From an uncultured Eubacteriales bacterium (GTDB lineage: Bacteria > Bacillota > Clostridia > Christensenellales > UBA1242), in NCBI GenBank assembly GCA_949067325.1, contig CARTDZ010000003.1, forward strand, positions 1 through 47,700: a DNA stretch of 47,700 nt, in the 5' to 3' direction. The stretch's first letter is position 1. Each line of letters begins with the position of its first letter. This document shows positions 1-9,563 of this stretch, one piece after another. Under the pieces are notes generated by a model. That model had not been told where the DNA came from. It made no database searches and saw nothing but the letters and a program-made list of their open reading frames with translations. A program made the position numbers and the translations under genes.

Positions 1-120
1 GCGTGACGCTATGCCGGCGTAAAGGCAATTAAATGAAGGTGCTAAGATAAGCACGAATTAGGGTGGAACAGCGGTTATTATAGTCGCCCCTATGCAAATC
101 TTTTGCATAGGGCTTTTTTG
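1..120 (+). promoter_or_regulatory. T-box leader, 3' portion (stem III, T-box sequence, terminator/antiterminator), glycine-type, controlling glyQS; 5' part cut by window edge
   Basis: AATTAGGGTGGAACAGCGG at 56-74 matches the conserved T-box AGGGUGGNACCGCG. The UGGA bulge (64-67) is complementary to the UCCA 3' end of tRNA-Gly. An 11-bp terminator stem (88-98 / 102-112) is followed by a T-run at 114-119, and the GlyRS gene lies directly downstream. Confidence 0.8.
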
Positions 121-194
121 TGCCGTTGGCCCTTGCTAAGAAAGCTCAAATTGCCTCACTAACAAAAAATATAAATTAAGGAGAAAAGAAAAAA

Positions 195-1574
195 ATGGAC
201 AAATCAAAAGTAACTATGGACAAAATTGTCAATCTTTGCAAAAATCGCGGCCTTATCTTTCCAGGCAGCGAAATCTATGGCGGAATGGGCAACACTTGGG
301 ATTATGGCCCTGCTGGCGTGGAGCTTAAAAACAATATTAAGCGTAGCTGGTGGAAGCGTTTTGTGCAGGAGGCCACAAACTCTTATGGAGTTGACGCTGC
401 AATACTGATGAATAGTCGCGTTTGGGACGCCAGCGGTCACACTTCCTCTTTTTCTGACCCAATGATGGATTGCAAGTCATGCAAAACGCGTCACCGCGCT
501 GACAATCTTATCGAAAATCACTCGAAAAGCTCTGTCAATCCTGACACAATGACAACTGAAGAAATGCAAGCTTACATCGAAAGCCACAAAGTAAACTGCC
601 CTAAGTGCGGCAATTTTGACTGGACACCAATCCGCCAGTTCAACCTTATGTTTCAAACTTCAAGAGGCGTAACTGAAGAAGGCGGCAACAAAATTTATCT
701 CCGTCCAGAAACTGCTCAAGGTGAATTTGTCAACTTTCTCAATGTTCAGCGCGCGTCTCGCGCAAAAGTGCCTTTCGGTATCGCGCAAATAGGCAAAGCA
801 TTCAGAAATGAAATCACACCAGGCAATTTTATCTTCAGAACTATCGAATTTGAGCAGATGGAACACCAATGGTTCTGTCACGAGAAAGACAGAGACGCTT
901 TTTATCTAGAATTTAAAGACAAGGCATTCAAATACCTTCTTGACCTTGGCATAAAGGAAGAGCATCTTCGCTTTCATGACCACGACAAGCTTGCACACTA
1001 CGCAAAGGCCGCTTGCGATATTCAATACCTCTTTCCAATCGGCTGGAGCGAGCTTAACGGCATTCACAACCGTTCTGACTATGACCTTTCTCGCCACCAA
1101 GAATTTTCTGGCAAAAGCATGCTTTATCAAGATCCGTTCACAAACGAAAAATTTGTGCCTAGCGTGATTGAATATTCAATCGGTGCTGACAGATTGACTT
1201 TGGCGATTTTAAGCGAAGCTTATGAGGAAGAAACTCTTGAAAACGGCGAAACTCGCGTTGTAATGCACTTCCACCCTGCAATTGCACCTTACAAAGTTGC
1301 AATCCTGCCACTTCAGAAAAACCTTTCTGAAAAAGCACGCGAAGTTTTTGCCGCACTTTCAAAAGAATTTATGTGCGACTATGACGAAGCTGGCTCAATA
1401 GGCAAACGCTACCGCCGCCAAGACGAAATCGGAACGCCTTTCTGTGTAACCATCGACTTTGACACACTTGAAGACAATTCTGTAACAATCCGCGACCGCG
1501 ACAGCATGAAACAAGAACGCATTGCAATTTCTCACCTCACATCATATATTGCCGAAAGAATTAAATTTAACTAA
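195..1574 (+). CDS. glyQS: Glycine--tRNA ligase, single-chain class II (GlyQS type)
   Basis: 459-aa ORF. The N-terminus DKIVNLCKNRGLIFPGSEIYGGMGNTWDYGPAGVELKNNIKRSWW is the typical GlyRS signature. AAGGAG SD lies upstream and a T-box leader precedes it. An alternative start is M8 at 216. Confidence 0.95.
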   Translation: MDKSKVTMDKIVNLCKNRGLIFPGSEIYGGMGNTWDYGPAGVELKNNIKRSWWKRFVQEATNSYGVDAAILMNSRVWDASGHTSSFSDPMMDCKSCKTRHRADNLIENHSKSSVNPDTMTTEEMQAYIESHKVNCPKCGNFDWTPIRQFNLMFQTSRGVTEEGGNKIYLRPETAQGEFVNFLNVQRASRAKVPFGIAQIGKAFRNEITPGNFIFRTIEFEQMEHQWFCHEKDRDAFYLEFKDKAFKYLLDLGIKEEHLRFHDHDKLAHYAKAACDIQYLFPIGWSELNGIHNRSDYDLSRHQEFSGKSMLYQDPFTNEKFVPSVIEYSIGADRLTLAILSEAYEEETLENGETRVVMHFHPAIAPYKVAILPLQKNLSEKAREVFAALSKEFMCDYDEAGSIGKRYRRQDEIGTPFCVTIDFDTLEDNSVTIRDRDSMKQERIAISHLTSYIAERIKFN

Positions 1575-1620
1575 GTGATGATAGAAAAATATTTGACTTA
1601 AAAAAATAACATCGACACAA

Positions 1621-1650
1621 AAAAAACATCAGCTTAACTGATGTTTTTTA
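1621..1650. terminator. Bidirectional intrinsic terminator between convergent glyQS and the Zn-peptidase gene
   Basis: Stem ACATCAG (1626-1632) / CTGATGT (1638-1644), with an A-run upstream and a T-run downstream. Confidence 0.6.
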
Positions 1651-1733
1651 AGTTTGCTTTGTTTATAAGAAGTTTACTTGATTTATTTTCCAATATCTTC
1701 ACGCATAAAATTCAACTGCATTGTAATATTTTT

Positions 1734-2456
1734 TTAGTTGTCTCTTGTGACTAAAAATGCATAAAGCAAAAATCTTAAGAAATATACAAAAGCCATGAGA
1801 AGTGATGCAACATAGGTCATTGCGGCAGCCTTTAGTACTTTTCGGGCTTTTTTTAGTTCTTCCTCATTTAAAATACCATAATCTTCAAGGCATCTCATTG
1901 CCCTTTTTGACGCGTCAATTTCGACAGGAAGGGTTGCAAGGTTGGCGATAAGAGTTGCCGCATAGAAGGCAATGGCGCAGCCAATAATGACCATACCAAC
2001 AATTCCGCCAATATAAGCAAAATTGAAAAGAAAACCCATCAAAACTATTGGAAAGAAAGCTTTTGAAACGAAGTTTGACACTTTGACAACAGTTTGTCTT
2101 ATTTTGAAAGGCTTGTAATTCTGCTCATCTTGAATTGCATGACCAAGTTCATGTGCGACAACGCCAAGAGCGGCAATTGATGAGCCTTCGTAATTTGCCT
2201 CACTTAAATTTACGGCCTTAGTACGAGGGTCATAGTGATCAGAAAGTGTACCTTTTATACTTCCTATTTTTACATCTAGATATGCCCTGTTTGCTATTAT
2301 CTTTGCAAGCTCTTTGCCAGTCATTCCATTTGCCGCGTTTTCTTTTGAATATTTGCTGTAAATTGTGTTTATTTTTGATTGTGTGACCAGCCCAAAAATG
2401 ACAGCTACAAGAATAAGCACACCTGAAACTAAATAGGCTATATATAATGCGTCCAT
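1734..2456 (-). CDS. Membrane Zn-metallopeptidase, YugP-like (putative neutral zinc metallopeptidase family)
   Basis: 240 aa with an N-terminal TM, the HExxH motif AHELGHAIQDE, and C-terminal TM helices. AAAGGAG SD at 2462-2468. Confidence 0.8.
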   Translation of the reverse strand: MDALYIAYLVSGVLILVAVIFGLVTQSKINTIYSKYSKENAANGMTGKELAKIIANRAYLDVKIGSIKGTLSDHYDPRTKAVNLSEANYEGSSIAALGVVAHELGHAIQDEQNYKPFKIRQTVVKVSNFVSKAFFPIVLMGFLFNFAYIGGIVGMVIIGCAIAFYAATLIANLATLPVEIDASKRAMRCLEDYGILNEEELKKARKVLKAAAMTYVASLLMAFVYFLRFLLYAFLVTRDN

Positions 2457-2468
2457 AATTTTCTCCTT

Positions 2469-3236
2469 TTAATGAAATAAGTCTCCCTTTTTTGTAAGCA
2501 TCGTCCAGCCAAACACAGCTCTAAAAAAGTCTGCCCAGTAAGTAAGTTTCGCGTCTGACAAAAGTTTTTTTGCTTGTTTAAGTTCTATTTCAGTCAGAAA
2601 TTCTTGCATAAGTTTGACCGCACGCTTTGATGCGTCTTTTTCAATAGAGATCGTCATTATTTTAAGCATGAGTGCCAGCACAATTGAGGTTGCGGCGACT
2701 GAAGAAAGTATGATGCCCCAAACACCCAAGTCGCCGCCTATAAGAAGAAGTATAACACCTGCCAAGAGCAGCGGCCAGAAAAATATTCCAAGCGCACGTA
2801 TAATCCTTCTAAAAACATAAAGTCGTTTGAGCTTTTTGCCTTCCTTATCTTGAAAAGCATGGCCAAGCTCGTGCGATATTATTGCAAAAGAAGCGATAGA
2901 GTTTGAAGCTATTGTGTTTTGTGAAAGATAAACTTTGCCTTTGCCATAAGCATCGCCAACTTTGCCAGTTATGGCTACAATTTGAAGCTTTGATGAGAAG
3001 TATCTATCATTTATCAGTGCCACATATTCTAGAGCTGTTAAATTGCACTGAACACTTTTTTTGCTTAACTCAACAAGTTTTTCATAAAACTTATCGTACC
3101 CAAATGAAGCAATAGCCAAGCATAGACAAAGCCCAAAAACAACGCAAACGGCAGCAATGATAATAATATATTCTATCCTCATATTCATATGATAGCCTTT
3201 TATTGCAAAAAAATCAAATAAAACGCTAAAAAACAT
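2469..3236 (-). CDS. Membrane Zn-metallopeptidase, YugP-like paralog (tandem duplicate)
   Basis: Motif SHELGHAFQDKE with the same TM layout as the neighbour. The true start may be M17/M19 (3188/3182, MNMRIEY...), because the paralog begins directly at its TM helix. Confidence 0.75.
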   Translation of the reverse strand: MFFSVLFDFFAIKGYHMNMRIEYIIIIAAVCVVFGLCLCLAIASFGYDKFYEKLVELSKKSVQCNLTALEYVALINDRYFSSKLQIVAITGKVGDAYGKGKVYLSQNTIASNSIASFAIISHELGHAFQDKEGKKLKRLYVFRRIIRALGIFFWPLLLAGVILLLIGGDLGVWGIILSSVAATSIVLALMLKIMTISIEKDASKRAVKLMQEFLTEIELKQAKKLLSDAKLTYWADFFRAVFGWTMLTKKGDLFH

Positions 3237-3239
3237 TTC

Positions 3240-5138
3240 TTATGTTATAAGGATTACCGTGCTTCCTTTTTGCAGCGAAGTGCCAACTGGTGGCAGTTGT
3301 TTTGTTATAAACTCACCATCACCGTCTATTTCAAATGCAAGACCCTCTTCTTTAAGTTTTTCTATTGCATCAAACAAACTTAAATTTACTAGATCTGGCA
3401 TGACTACATATTCAATTGTCACATTTTCATCTTGCTTCTTTTCGCCAAGATATTCAAACATACCTGTAAAAACTTCTTTGCCATATGGTGCTGCAACAAT
3501 ACTGCCATAATATGCACCCGCACTTGGCTCATCAACCATCAAAAGCAGCAAATATTCAGGATTATCAGCTGGATATGTTCCTACAAAAGACGAAATATAT
3601 TTGCCTTGAGCAATTCCGCCGCTTTCGCTATATTTTTGAGCTGTTCCTGTCTTGCCGCCTACATTATAGCCTTCAACAAAGGTATATTTGCCCGTTTTAT
3701 TTTCAGCATATTCAAGCAGCTGATTGACAAGTGAAGAAGTGTTTTCGCTGATAATTCTCTGACCTAAAGACGAAGAGGCTTGGCTGACAATATTTCCACT
3801 TGCATCACATTCTTTTTGAAGAAAGTATGGGCTTATTTTACAGCCGCCATTTATTATCGACGACACCGCTGTCATAAGCTGAATTGGCGTCACTGCAACC
3901 GCATGGCCAAAGCCAATTCTGGCAAGGTCAACATTTTTGACAAGGCTTTTGTCCATGAGTATTCCTTTGGCTTCGCCAGCAATGGTTATACCCGTTTTCT
4001 GGCCAAGTCCAAATTTTTCTAGATAAGAATAAAACTTATCTTTGCCAAGTCTTAGTGCCAAATCCATAAAGCAGCAGTTGCAAGAATTGCCAAAAGCTTC
4101 CATAAGCGTTTGTGAGCCATGGCCAATAGTACGCCAACACTTTATTCGCACGCCGTCAACTACTCTAAACCCTGGGCAGTAGAAATGATCATCAAATGAT
4201 GTCAACCCCTCTTCAAGCGCCGCTGCCACCGTCAATATTTTGAAAGTTGAGCCTGGCTCGTAAACGTCTGTCACACCCTTTATCTTTGACTGCTCAAACA
4301 AGGTTTCAAGGTCGTCACGCGGCACTTCATTTAGGTCAAAGCTTGGCTTGGTTGATAGTGCCACCATTTCGCCAGTTTTAGGCTTTATCATCATGCCAGT
4401 GACATTTTTGGCTTTTTGTTCAACCATAATTTTTTCAAGCGTCTGCTCTAGCACAAGTTGAATTTTTGAGTCAATTGTAAGTGTCAAATCGTTGCCTTTT
4501 GTTGCTGGAATATAATAGCGAAGAGTGCCACCAATTTCCTTGCCTTGAAGGTCGCTTTGGACATAACTGAAACCGTCTTGGCCTTTAAGTTTTTGATCAT
4601 AATAGGCCTCTATGCCGCTTTGACCGATGTTGTCAATTGAAGTAAAACCAAGCACCTGCGTGAGAAGGTTGCCATAAGGATAATATCTTGCCACGTTTTC
4701 TGCCAGATACACACCGCTGAACCTTTGTTGATAAATTTCTTCTGCTTTGTCTGCATCTATGCCCATTTTGATGAGCACTTCGCTCACGCCTTTTTTGGTC
4801 ACCTTTTTGTATATATCATCAAAATCAAGCCCAAGACTTCTGGCAAGAAAGGTTGAAAGTGTGGTTGGTGACGAAACCTCTCTTGCGCGCACATAAACGT
4901 TGTAAGTTGTATAACTCACAGCAAGAGCCGAACCCGTGCTATCCAAAATGTCGCCACGAGGGGCTACAATCGAAAGATCACGCGTCCACTGGTCAGTGGC
5001 TCTAAACTGAAGTTCTTTGCCGTTTAGGATTTGTATGACAAAAAGCCTAACAACAAGAGAGCAAAAAATAAAGGATATGGCAATTGTAACCGCCAATATC
5101 CTTTTTCTAAAAGAGAATAGTGAATAGGGTTTAAGCAA
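3240..5138 (-). CDS. Class B penicillin-binding protein (FtsI/PBP2B/SpoVD-type transpeptidase) with one C-terminal PASTA domain
   Basis: 632 aa with an N-terminal TM. Active-site motifs STFK (EPGSTFKIL), SxN (NSCN) and KTGT (GGKTGTAQ) are present, and the C-terminal ~65 aa are PASTA-like. TTG start is preceded by a GGAGG SD, and the gene sits in dcw-cluster context. Confidence 0.9.
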   Translation of the reverse strand: MLKPYSLFSFRKRILAVTIAISFIFCSLVVRLFVIQILNGKELQFRATDQWTRDLSIVAPRGDILDSTGSALAVSYTTYNVYVRAREVSSPTTLSTFLARSLGLDFDDIYKKVTKKGVSEVLIKMGIDADKAEEIYQQRFSGVYLAENVARYYPYGNLLTQVLGFTSIDNIGQSGIEAYYDQKLKGQDGFSYVQSDLQGKEIGGTLRYYIPATKGNDLTLTIDSKIQLVLEQTLEKIMVEQKAKNVTGMMIKPKTGEMVALSTKPSFDLNEVPRDDLETLFEQSKIKGVTDVYEPGSTFKILTVAAALEEGLTSFDDHFYCPGFRVVDGVRIKCWRTIGHGSQTLMEAFGNSCNCCFMDLALRLGKDKFYSYLEKFGLGQKTGITIAGEAKGILMDKSLVKNVDLARIGFGHAVAVTPIQLMTAVSSIINGGCKISPYFLQKECDASGNIVSQASSSLGQRIISENTSSLVNQLLEYAENKTGKYTFVEGYNVGGKTGTAQKYSESGGIAQGKYISSFVGTYPADNPEYLLLLMVDEPSAGAYYGSIVAAPYGKEVFTGMFEYLGEKKQDENVTIEYVVMPDLVNLSLFDAIEKLKEEGLAFEIDGDGEFITKQLPPVGTSLQKGSTVILIT

Positions 5139-5140
5139 GT

Positions 5141-5794
5141 TTAACCTCCAAATAACCCCACTAAAAATTCACAAATTCGATCAAACCAGTTTGTTTTTTT
5201 GTCTATAGAAGTTGGCGGAACGCTCTCTTCTGGAATAGTCTCAAACAAGTTGTCCATATTGTTTTGATTGACCGCGTCCAGTTGGCCTAAATTTTTGAGG
5301 TAGTTTGGAAGATTGATGTCATAATACTGTTGATAAAGAGCGTTGTAGCTTGCTTGCAATGTGTCAATCCTTGCGACATTGACAATGCCCCAAATTGTGA
5401 ACACTGCCATAAGAAGTGAAAAAAGTGTCAAGCGCAGCTTTTTGCTGTTGAATTTTGATTTTTTTGCTGACTTTTCTATTTTTTCAATCTTAAAGATTTT
5501 TTCTTCCTCTTCGGCGGACAGCGGCTTGATGAAGTCGTAGTTGGGTTTTTCAATTACTGAAGAAGGTTTGTTTTTGAATGCTTGAGAAGAAAAAGCGTTG
5601 GTTGACCTCTCATTTGAGCGGTCTTTTTGAGGATTTTTTTTGCTTTGTTGTGATGTTTCAAGCTCGTCGTCCTCTTTTATGACGGTTTCCGCCACTTGCT
5701 CAGTTGCCTTTTGTGACAATGCAATCTTTTCTTCTTTTTCAGCTAAAACAAGGGTTTCTTCTTTATACATATATTGTTTGCCCTCCTTTTTCAT
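5141..5794 (-). CDS. Bitopic membrane protein in the FtsL position of the dcw cluster (FtsL/DivIC-like by position and topology only)
   Basis: 217 aa with a single TM (LRLTLFSLLMAVFTIWGIVNV) at about residues 120-142, followed by a short coiled-coil-like ectodomain. It lies between rsmH and the PBP. The N-terminal ~115 aa are charged and low-complexity. An alternative start is at 5770. Confidence 0.6.
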   Translation of the reverse strand: MKKEGKQYMYKEETLVLAEKEEKIALSQKATEQVAETVIKEDDELETSQQSKKNPQKDRSNERSTNAFSSQAFKNKPSSVIEKPNYDFIKPLSAEEEEKIFKIEKIEKSAKKSKFNSKKLRLTLFSLLMAVFTIWGIVNVARIDTLQASYNALYQQYYDINLPNYLKNLGQLDAVNQNNMDNLFETIPEESVPPTSIDKKTNWFDRICEFLVGLFGG

Positions 5795-5796
5795 GA

Positions 5797-6729
5797 CTAA
5801 ATTTTTTCGATTATACGCAGTTTTGCTGACGAACTACGTGAATTTGCAGCAAGTTCTTCCACTGAGGCAGTGACAGGTTTGCGTGTGACAAGTTTGCCTT
5901 GTGCGTGGTGTCCACAAATGCAAATTGGCGTTTTTGGTGGACATACACAATCAGTTGCAAGATCTTTGAACAGGTTTTTCACTATACGATCTTCCAGCGA
6001 ATGGAAGGAAATTACAGCAAGTCTGCCTCCTTTTTTTAGCAGATTGAAAAGCTTTCGCATAGCCTCTTCAAGACCTTCAAGCTCACCGTTGACCTCAATC
6101 CTTATTGCTTGAAAAGTTTGTTTGCTTACGCCGCCTTTGCCAAATATAACCTTTTTTGGAAAAGCGCTTTCAATGATTTCTTTCAGCTCTAGCGTGCTTT
6201 CAATTGGCTTTTCTTCTCTTGCTTGACAGATTTTGTTGACAATGTTTTTGGCATTGTTTTCTTCACCATAAGTGTACAAAATTTTTGTCAGTTTTTCTTT
6301 TGAATAGGTATTTACAACCTCATAGGCTGACAAGGCTTGACTTTTGTCCATGCGCATATCAAGTTTGCCTTCGTGAAGAAAGCTGAAGCCTCGCTCAGCT
6401 GTGTCGAGTTGATGTGAAGAGACGCCAAGATCGATAAGTATGCCATCAAACTGGCTGAGGTTGTTTTCTTTTAAAATTTCAGGTGCGTCGTGAAAGTTTG
6501 CTTTGAAAAGAGTTACAGTTTCGCTTGAAGCAAAGCGTTTTTGACAGGCTTCGATTGCATTTTGGTCACGATCAAAGCCATAAATATGACCGCCGTCGCC
6601 CACCCTAGAAAGAATAGAAGAGGAATGCCCTCCGCCGCCAATTGTGCAGTCGACAAACCTCCCATTTTTCTTTATATTCAGCCCAGCAATTACTTCCTCT
6701 AAAAGCACTGGGGTATGCGAAAATTCCAT
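5797..6729 (-). CDS. rsmH: 16S rRNA (cytosine1402-N4)-methyltransferase RsmH (MraW)
   Basis: 310 aa. HTPVLLEEV, DCTIGGGGHS and SFHSLEDRIVK are the characteristic RsmH motifs. Confidence 0.95.
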   Translation of the reverse strand: MEFSHTPVLLEEVIAGLNIKKNGRFVDCTIGGGGHSSSILSRVGDGGHIYGFDRDQNAIEACQKRFASSETVTLFKANFHDAPEILKENNLSQFDGILIDLGVSSHQLDTAERGFSFLHEGKLDMRMDKSQALSAYEVVNTYSKEKLTKILYTYGEENNAKNIVNKICQAREEKPIESTLELKEIIESAFPKKVIFGKGGVSKQTFQAIRIEVNGELEGLEEAMRKLFNLLKKGGRLAVISFHSLEDRIVKNLFKDLATDCVCPPKTPICICGHHAQGKLVTRKPVTASVEELAANSRSSSAKLRIIEKI

Positions 6730-6730
6730 T

Positions 6731-9280
6731 TTATCCTCTGTTTAAAGCATCTTTTGCTTGATTGATAAGTTCTACAAATGACTTGTCTGTGTTTTGTATA
6801 TATTCATTGATATCTATGCCTTTTGTGTTAAGATCAAATTCGCTTTCAAGCTGCTTTGTAAGCATTTCAAATACTGGGTTTATTATTTCCTTAAATTCTT
6901 CACTTTCAAGCACGCTGTCACGGATTTCGTCAAGGAATGCTCCAAGAGCTTCACTGTTCATATCAATCATATTGGTTGTATTTTCTATAGTGTTATAGAA
7001 TTTGGCCATGCTGATAATAATATCGCAAACTTGTTGTGCTTGGTCATCTGGGTGGCCTTCAATGAGTATAAGTTTTGTTTCGTCTATTGTCTCATTGCCT
7101 TTGCCAAGCTGTCTTGAAGCGCTGTCGATCGCCGCGAAAAGCTGGCTTCTAAGGCTTATTGTTGAATTTGCGTAAAGAATTGGCTTTAAGATAGCTTCAA
7201 GATCAACATCTTCTTGAAGAAGTACTTTTGCTGCGCCATCATTGCCAGCGTTAAGAAGTTCATCAATAAGAGTTGAGTTTGCATGAGGCTGATTGAGAGC
7301 AATTATCAATTGGTTGATATAACGAAGGTCAGCTTTGCGAAGGTCATAGGTGTTTATGCTTGAAAAGTCTACGAGATTTGGGTCGCTTATATCATCAAGC
7401 AAACCAAAGACAAGATCTTCTGTGAAATCAATTTGAGACAGTGGCAACAAAAGTTTGCCTAGGTACAAATCTTGTTGACCTTGAGGTTGTTTCTGGCTTT
7501 CATTTGCAAGAAGTTTGAGTACATCAGCTGCAGTAAATTCTTGTCCACCTTGAACGAATTGATAAATATTGATTTTTTTGACCTCTTCAAGTGAGCTTGA
7601 AAGGAAGGCAAACATTTGAGCATAATTTGTCACTAGAACAACATTTCCTTGAGCGTCTTTGACTTCTTGAGTTGGAAGAGCGAAGTTGTTGTCTTCCAAA
7701 AGTTTGTCAATAACTGACTTGCCTTGGTTGTTTTTGAGAATTTCAATTGCTCTGACATCATCAATAGTTTTGCCAAGAAGAGTGAGAGTGTTTGTAAGAT
7801 CTGTTTGGTCTTCAGGATTGATAAGATTTGCTGGCGAAGAAAGCACTTCTTGAATATCTACACTATCAACCAATGCTGAAGCATCTTTCAAAAGGCTTGA
7901 AATTTGAGCTGAAAGATTTTTCCAGTCTTGTTCAGTAAAGTCAGACGTGTTTGCCTCAGCCTTGTCAAGGCCTGTTATCACCTTATCAAGCATAAAGTTG
8001 GTAACTGTTGCCGCACTATTTCTTATCATGTTCATTGAGAAAATATTTTCTACAGCTTTTGAAGTGCCTTCAAAGTTGTTATCAGTTGTGAGAAGTTTTA
8101 TAAGTTCAAGCGAAAGACCTGATGTCTCTTCTTCGCTTTCATTCATTTGATCTTTTACATTGTCAATAACGCCGCTTTCAGCCAAGTTTTTGAAAGCATT
8201 GAAAATTTGTTTGATATCGTTTGAAAAATAACTGCTTTTATCTTCTATTTGATTTAAGCCTTCGCCAATATCGTCGAGAATATCTGAATATTCTGCCAAA
8301 GATTGAGCAAATGAATAGTCGTTGTAATTTATTATCACATCAGCCGCCAAATCGCAAACTATTTTTGAGAAAAGCTTGCTGTCAAGCACATTTTCAACAA
8401 TACCTTCAAGTTTTTCAAAGTCAATTGACGCAAACTTTTTGTTTTTGTTTATTCCTTGTTGTAGGCTATTATATGCTGAATACGCTGAGATGTAAGCGCT
8501 GGCTTCTTGTCTGATATACAAATTTTCTCCGTCAATTTTGACCTTTGAAAGATAGTCAAACATAGCATTATCAAGCCCAAACACGCCGCCAATCGCACAA
8601 AAGGCTGTTTTGTCAAGAGCTTTGAAAGTGTCAAGCACCAAGTTTTCTTCAATAGCGACAATGGTTTGGTCTCCATCAGCGTTGTCGTCTATTTCACCAG
8701 AATAGTCTTCTGCCAGCTCTGCTGTGACAAAAACATCTTGAGGCTGAGCAATCTCATTGGCAAGACCTATAAGTGAAGCAAGAGGTGCAAACGCAAAGAT
8801 AGAAAGAAGAAAAGCCCGCACTGTGCCAACTGCACCACCAAGCAGTCTATGTCTCTTTTTGCCTGGTTTGTTTTTGAGAAAAATAACGGCTATAATCTTA
8901 TAGATAATATATATAAAGAGTTCTATAATCAAAGTGAGAACTATAAATACAAGTGTGCCAACGAGAGCTGCAGGCAATTTGTTTAAAAGCACTTCAATAT
9001 TTGGACTGGCATTGGCCATTTGTGACAAATCAGCGTTTGAAGCTAACAACTCATAAACAAACTGTGAAAGAGGTTGGCTCACGCCATTTATCGTGATTGT
9101 CACACTGAGCGTCATGTTTGTTATGAGCGGCGTCAAGAAAAACGCAATCAAAATGCCTACAATAGAAAAAGCAAGATTGACTGAAGCTTTTTTAAATCCT
9201 CGCCATAAACCAATTAAAAAGCCAATAACTAGCACCACTGCAAAAGCAATATTTAGTGATAAAGCCATTGTTGACCCCAT
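6731..9280 (-). CDS. Large membrane protein: CvpA-like 4-TM N-terminal module fused to a ~650-aa acidic soluble region of unknown function
   Basis: The ORF runs to 9289 (GTG), but AAGGAGGTG sits 8 nt before the ATG at 9280. The N-terminal helices resemble the CvpA (colicin V production) family. The rest matched nothing I recognise. The stop lies 1 nt before the rsmH ATG. Confidence 0.7.
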   Translation of the reverse strand: MGSTMALSLNIAFAVVLVIGFLIGLWRGFKKASVNLAFSIVGILIAFFLTPLITNMTLSVTITINGVSQPLSQFVYELLASNADLSQMANASPNIEVLLNKLPAALVGTLVFIVLTLIIELFIYIIYKIIAVIFLKNKPGKKRHRLLGGAVGTVRAFLLSIFAFAPLASLIGLANEIAQPQDVFVTAELAEDYSGEIDDNADGDQTIVAIEENLVLDTFKALDKTAFCAIGGVFGLDNAMFDYLSKVKIDGENLYIRQEASAYISAYSAYNSLQQGINKNKKFASIDFEKLEGIVENVLDSKLFSKIVCDLAADVIINYNDYSFAQSLAEYSDILDDIGEGLNQIEDKSSYFSNDIKQIFNAFKNLAESGVIDNVKDQMNESEEETSGLSLELIKLLTTDNNFEGTSKAVENIFSMNMIRNSAATVTNFMLDKVITGLDKAEANTSDFTEQDWKNLSAQISSLLKDASALVDSVDIQEVLSSPANLINPEDQTDLTNTLTLLGKTIDDVRAIEILKNNQGKSVIDKLLEDNNFALPTQEVKDAQGNVVLVTNYAQMFAFLSSSLEEVKKINIYQFVQGGQEFTAADVLKLLANESQKQPQGQQDLYLGKLLLPLSQIDFTEDLVFGLLDDISDPNLVDFSSINTYDLRKADLRYINQLIIALNQPHANSTLIDELLNAGNDGAAKVLLQEDVDLEAILKPILYANSTISLRSQLFAAIDSASRQLGKGNETIDETKLILIEGHPDDQAQQVCDIIISMAKFYNTIENTTNMIDMNSEALGAFLDEIRDSVLESEEFKEIINPVFEMLTKQLESEFDLNTKGIDINEYIQNTDKSFVELINQAKDALNRG

Positions 9281-9541
9281 AAATGTCACCTCCTTGACTA
9301 TGAATATATATTAAAACATTTGCATAATTTTTTCAAGTAAATTAAAGTTAAAAGCAGCAAAAGTTGTTTTAAGACAACAAATTTTTCAACTTTTTAACAT
9401 TTTTTTATGCTCTTTGTGTGGATTTTTTTGAAATTGTTTTTGTTGTTTTTTTGACTATTTAACATAAAAAAACAAGTTTACTTTGTTATTATACCCCTAT
9501 TTGTAGCTCACAAACCCAAAAAGTTTGGCTGAAGCAAATTG

Positions 9542-9563
9542 CGACTTGCGAAAGTCGTTTTTT
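9542..9563 (+). terminator. Orphan intrinsic terminator in the divergent intergenic region (GNRA-looped hairpin plus T6)
   Basis: CGACTT (9542-9547), GCGA loop, AAGTCG (9552-9557), then TTTTTT (9558-9563). No annotated plus-strand gene lies upstream. Confidence 0.5.

Noticed and set aside
9407-9454. 15-codon hydrophobic mini-ORF MLFVWIFLKLFLLFF in the nrdD-upstream region
   Set aside because: It has no SD and the T-rich DNA trivially encodes Phe and Leu. It is likely non-coding.
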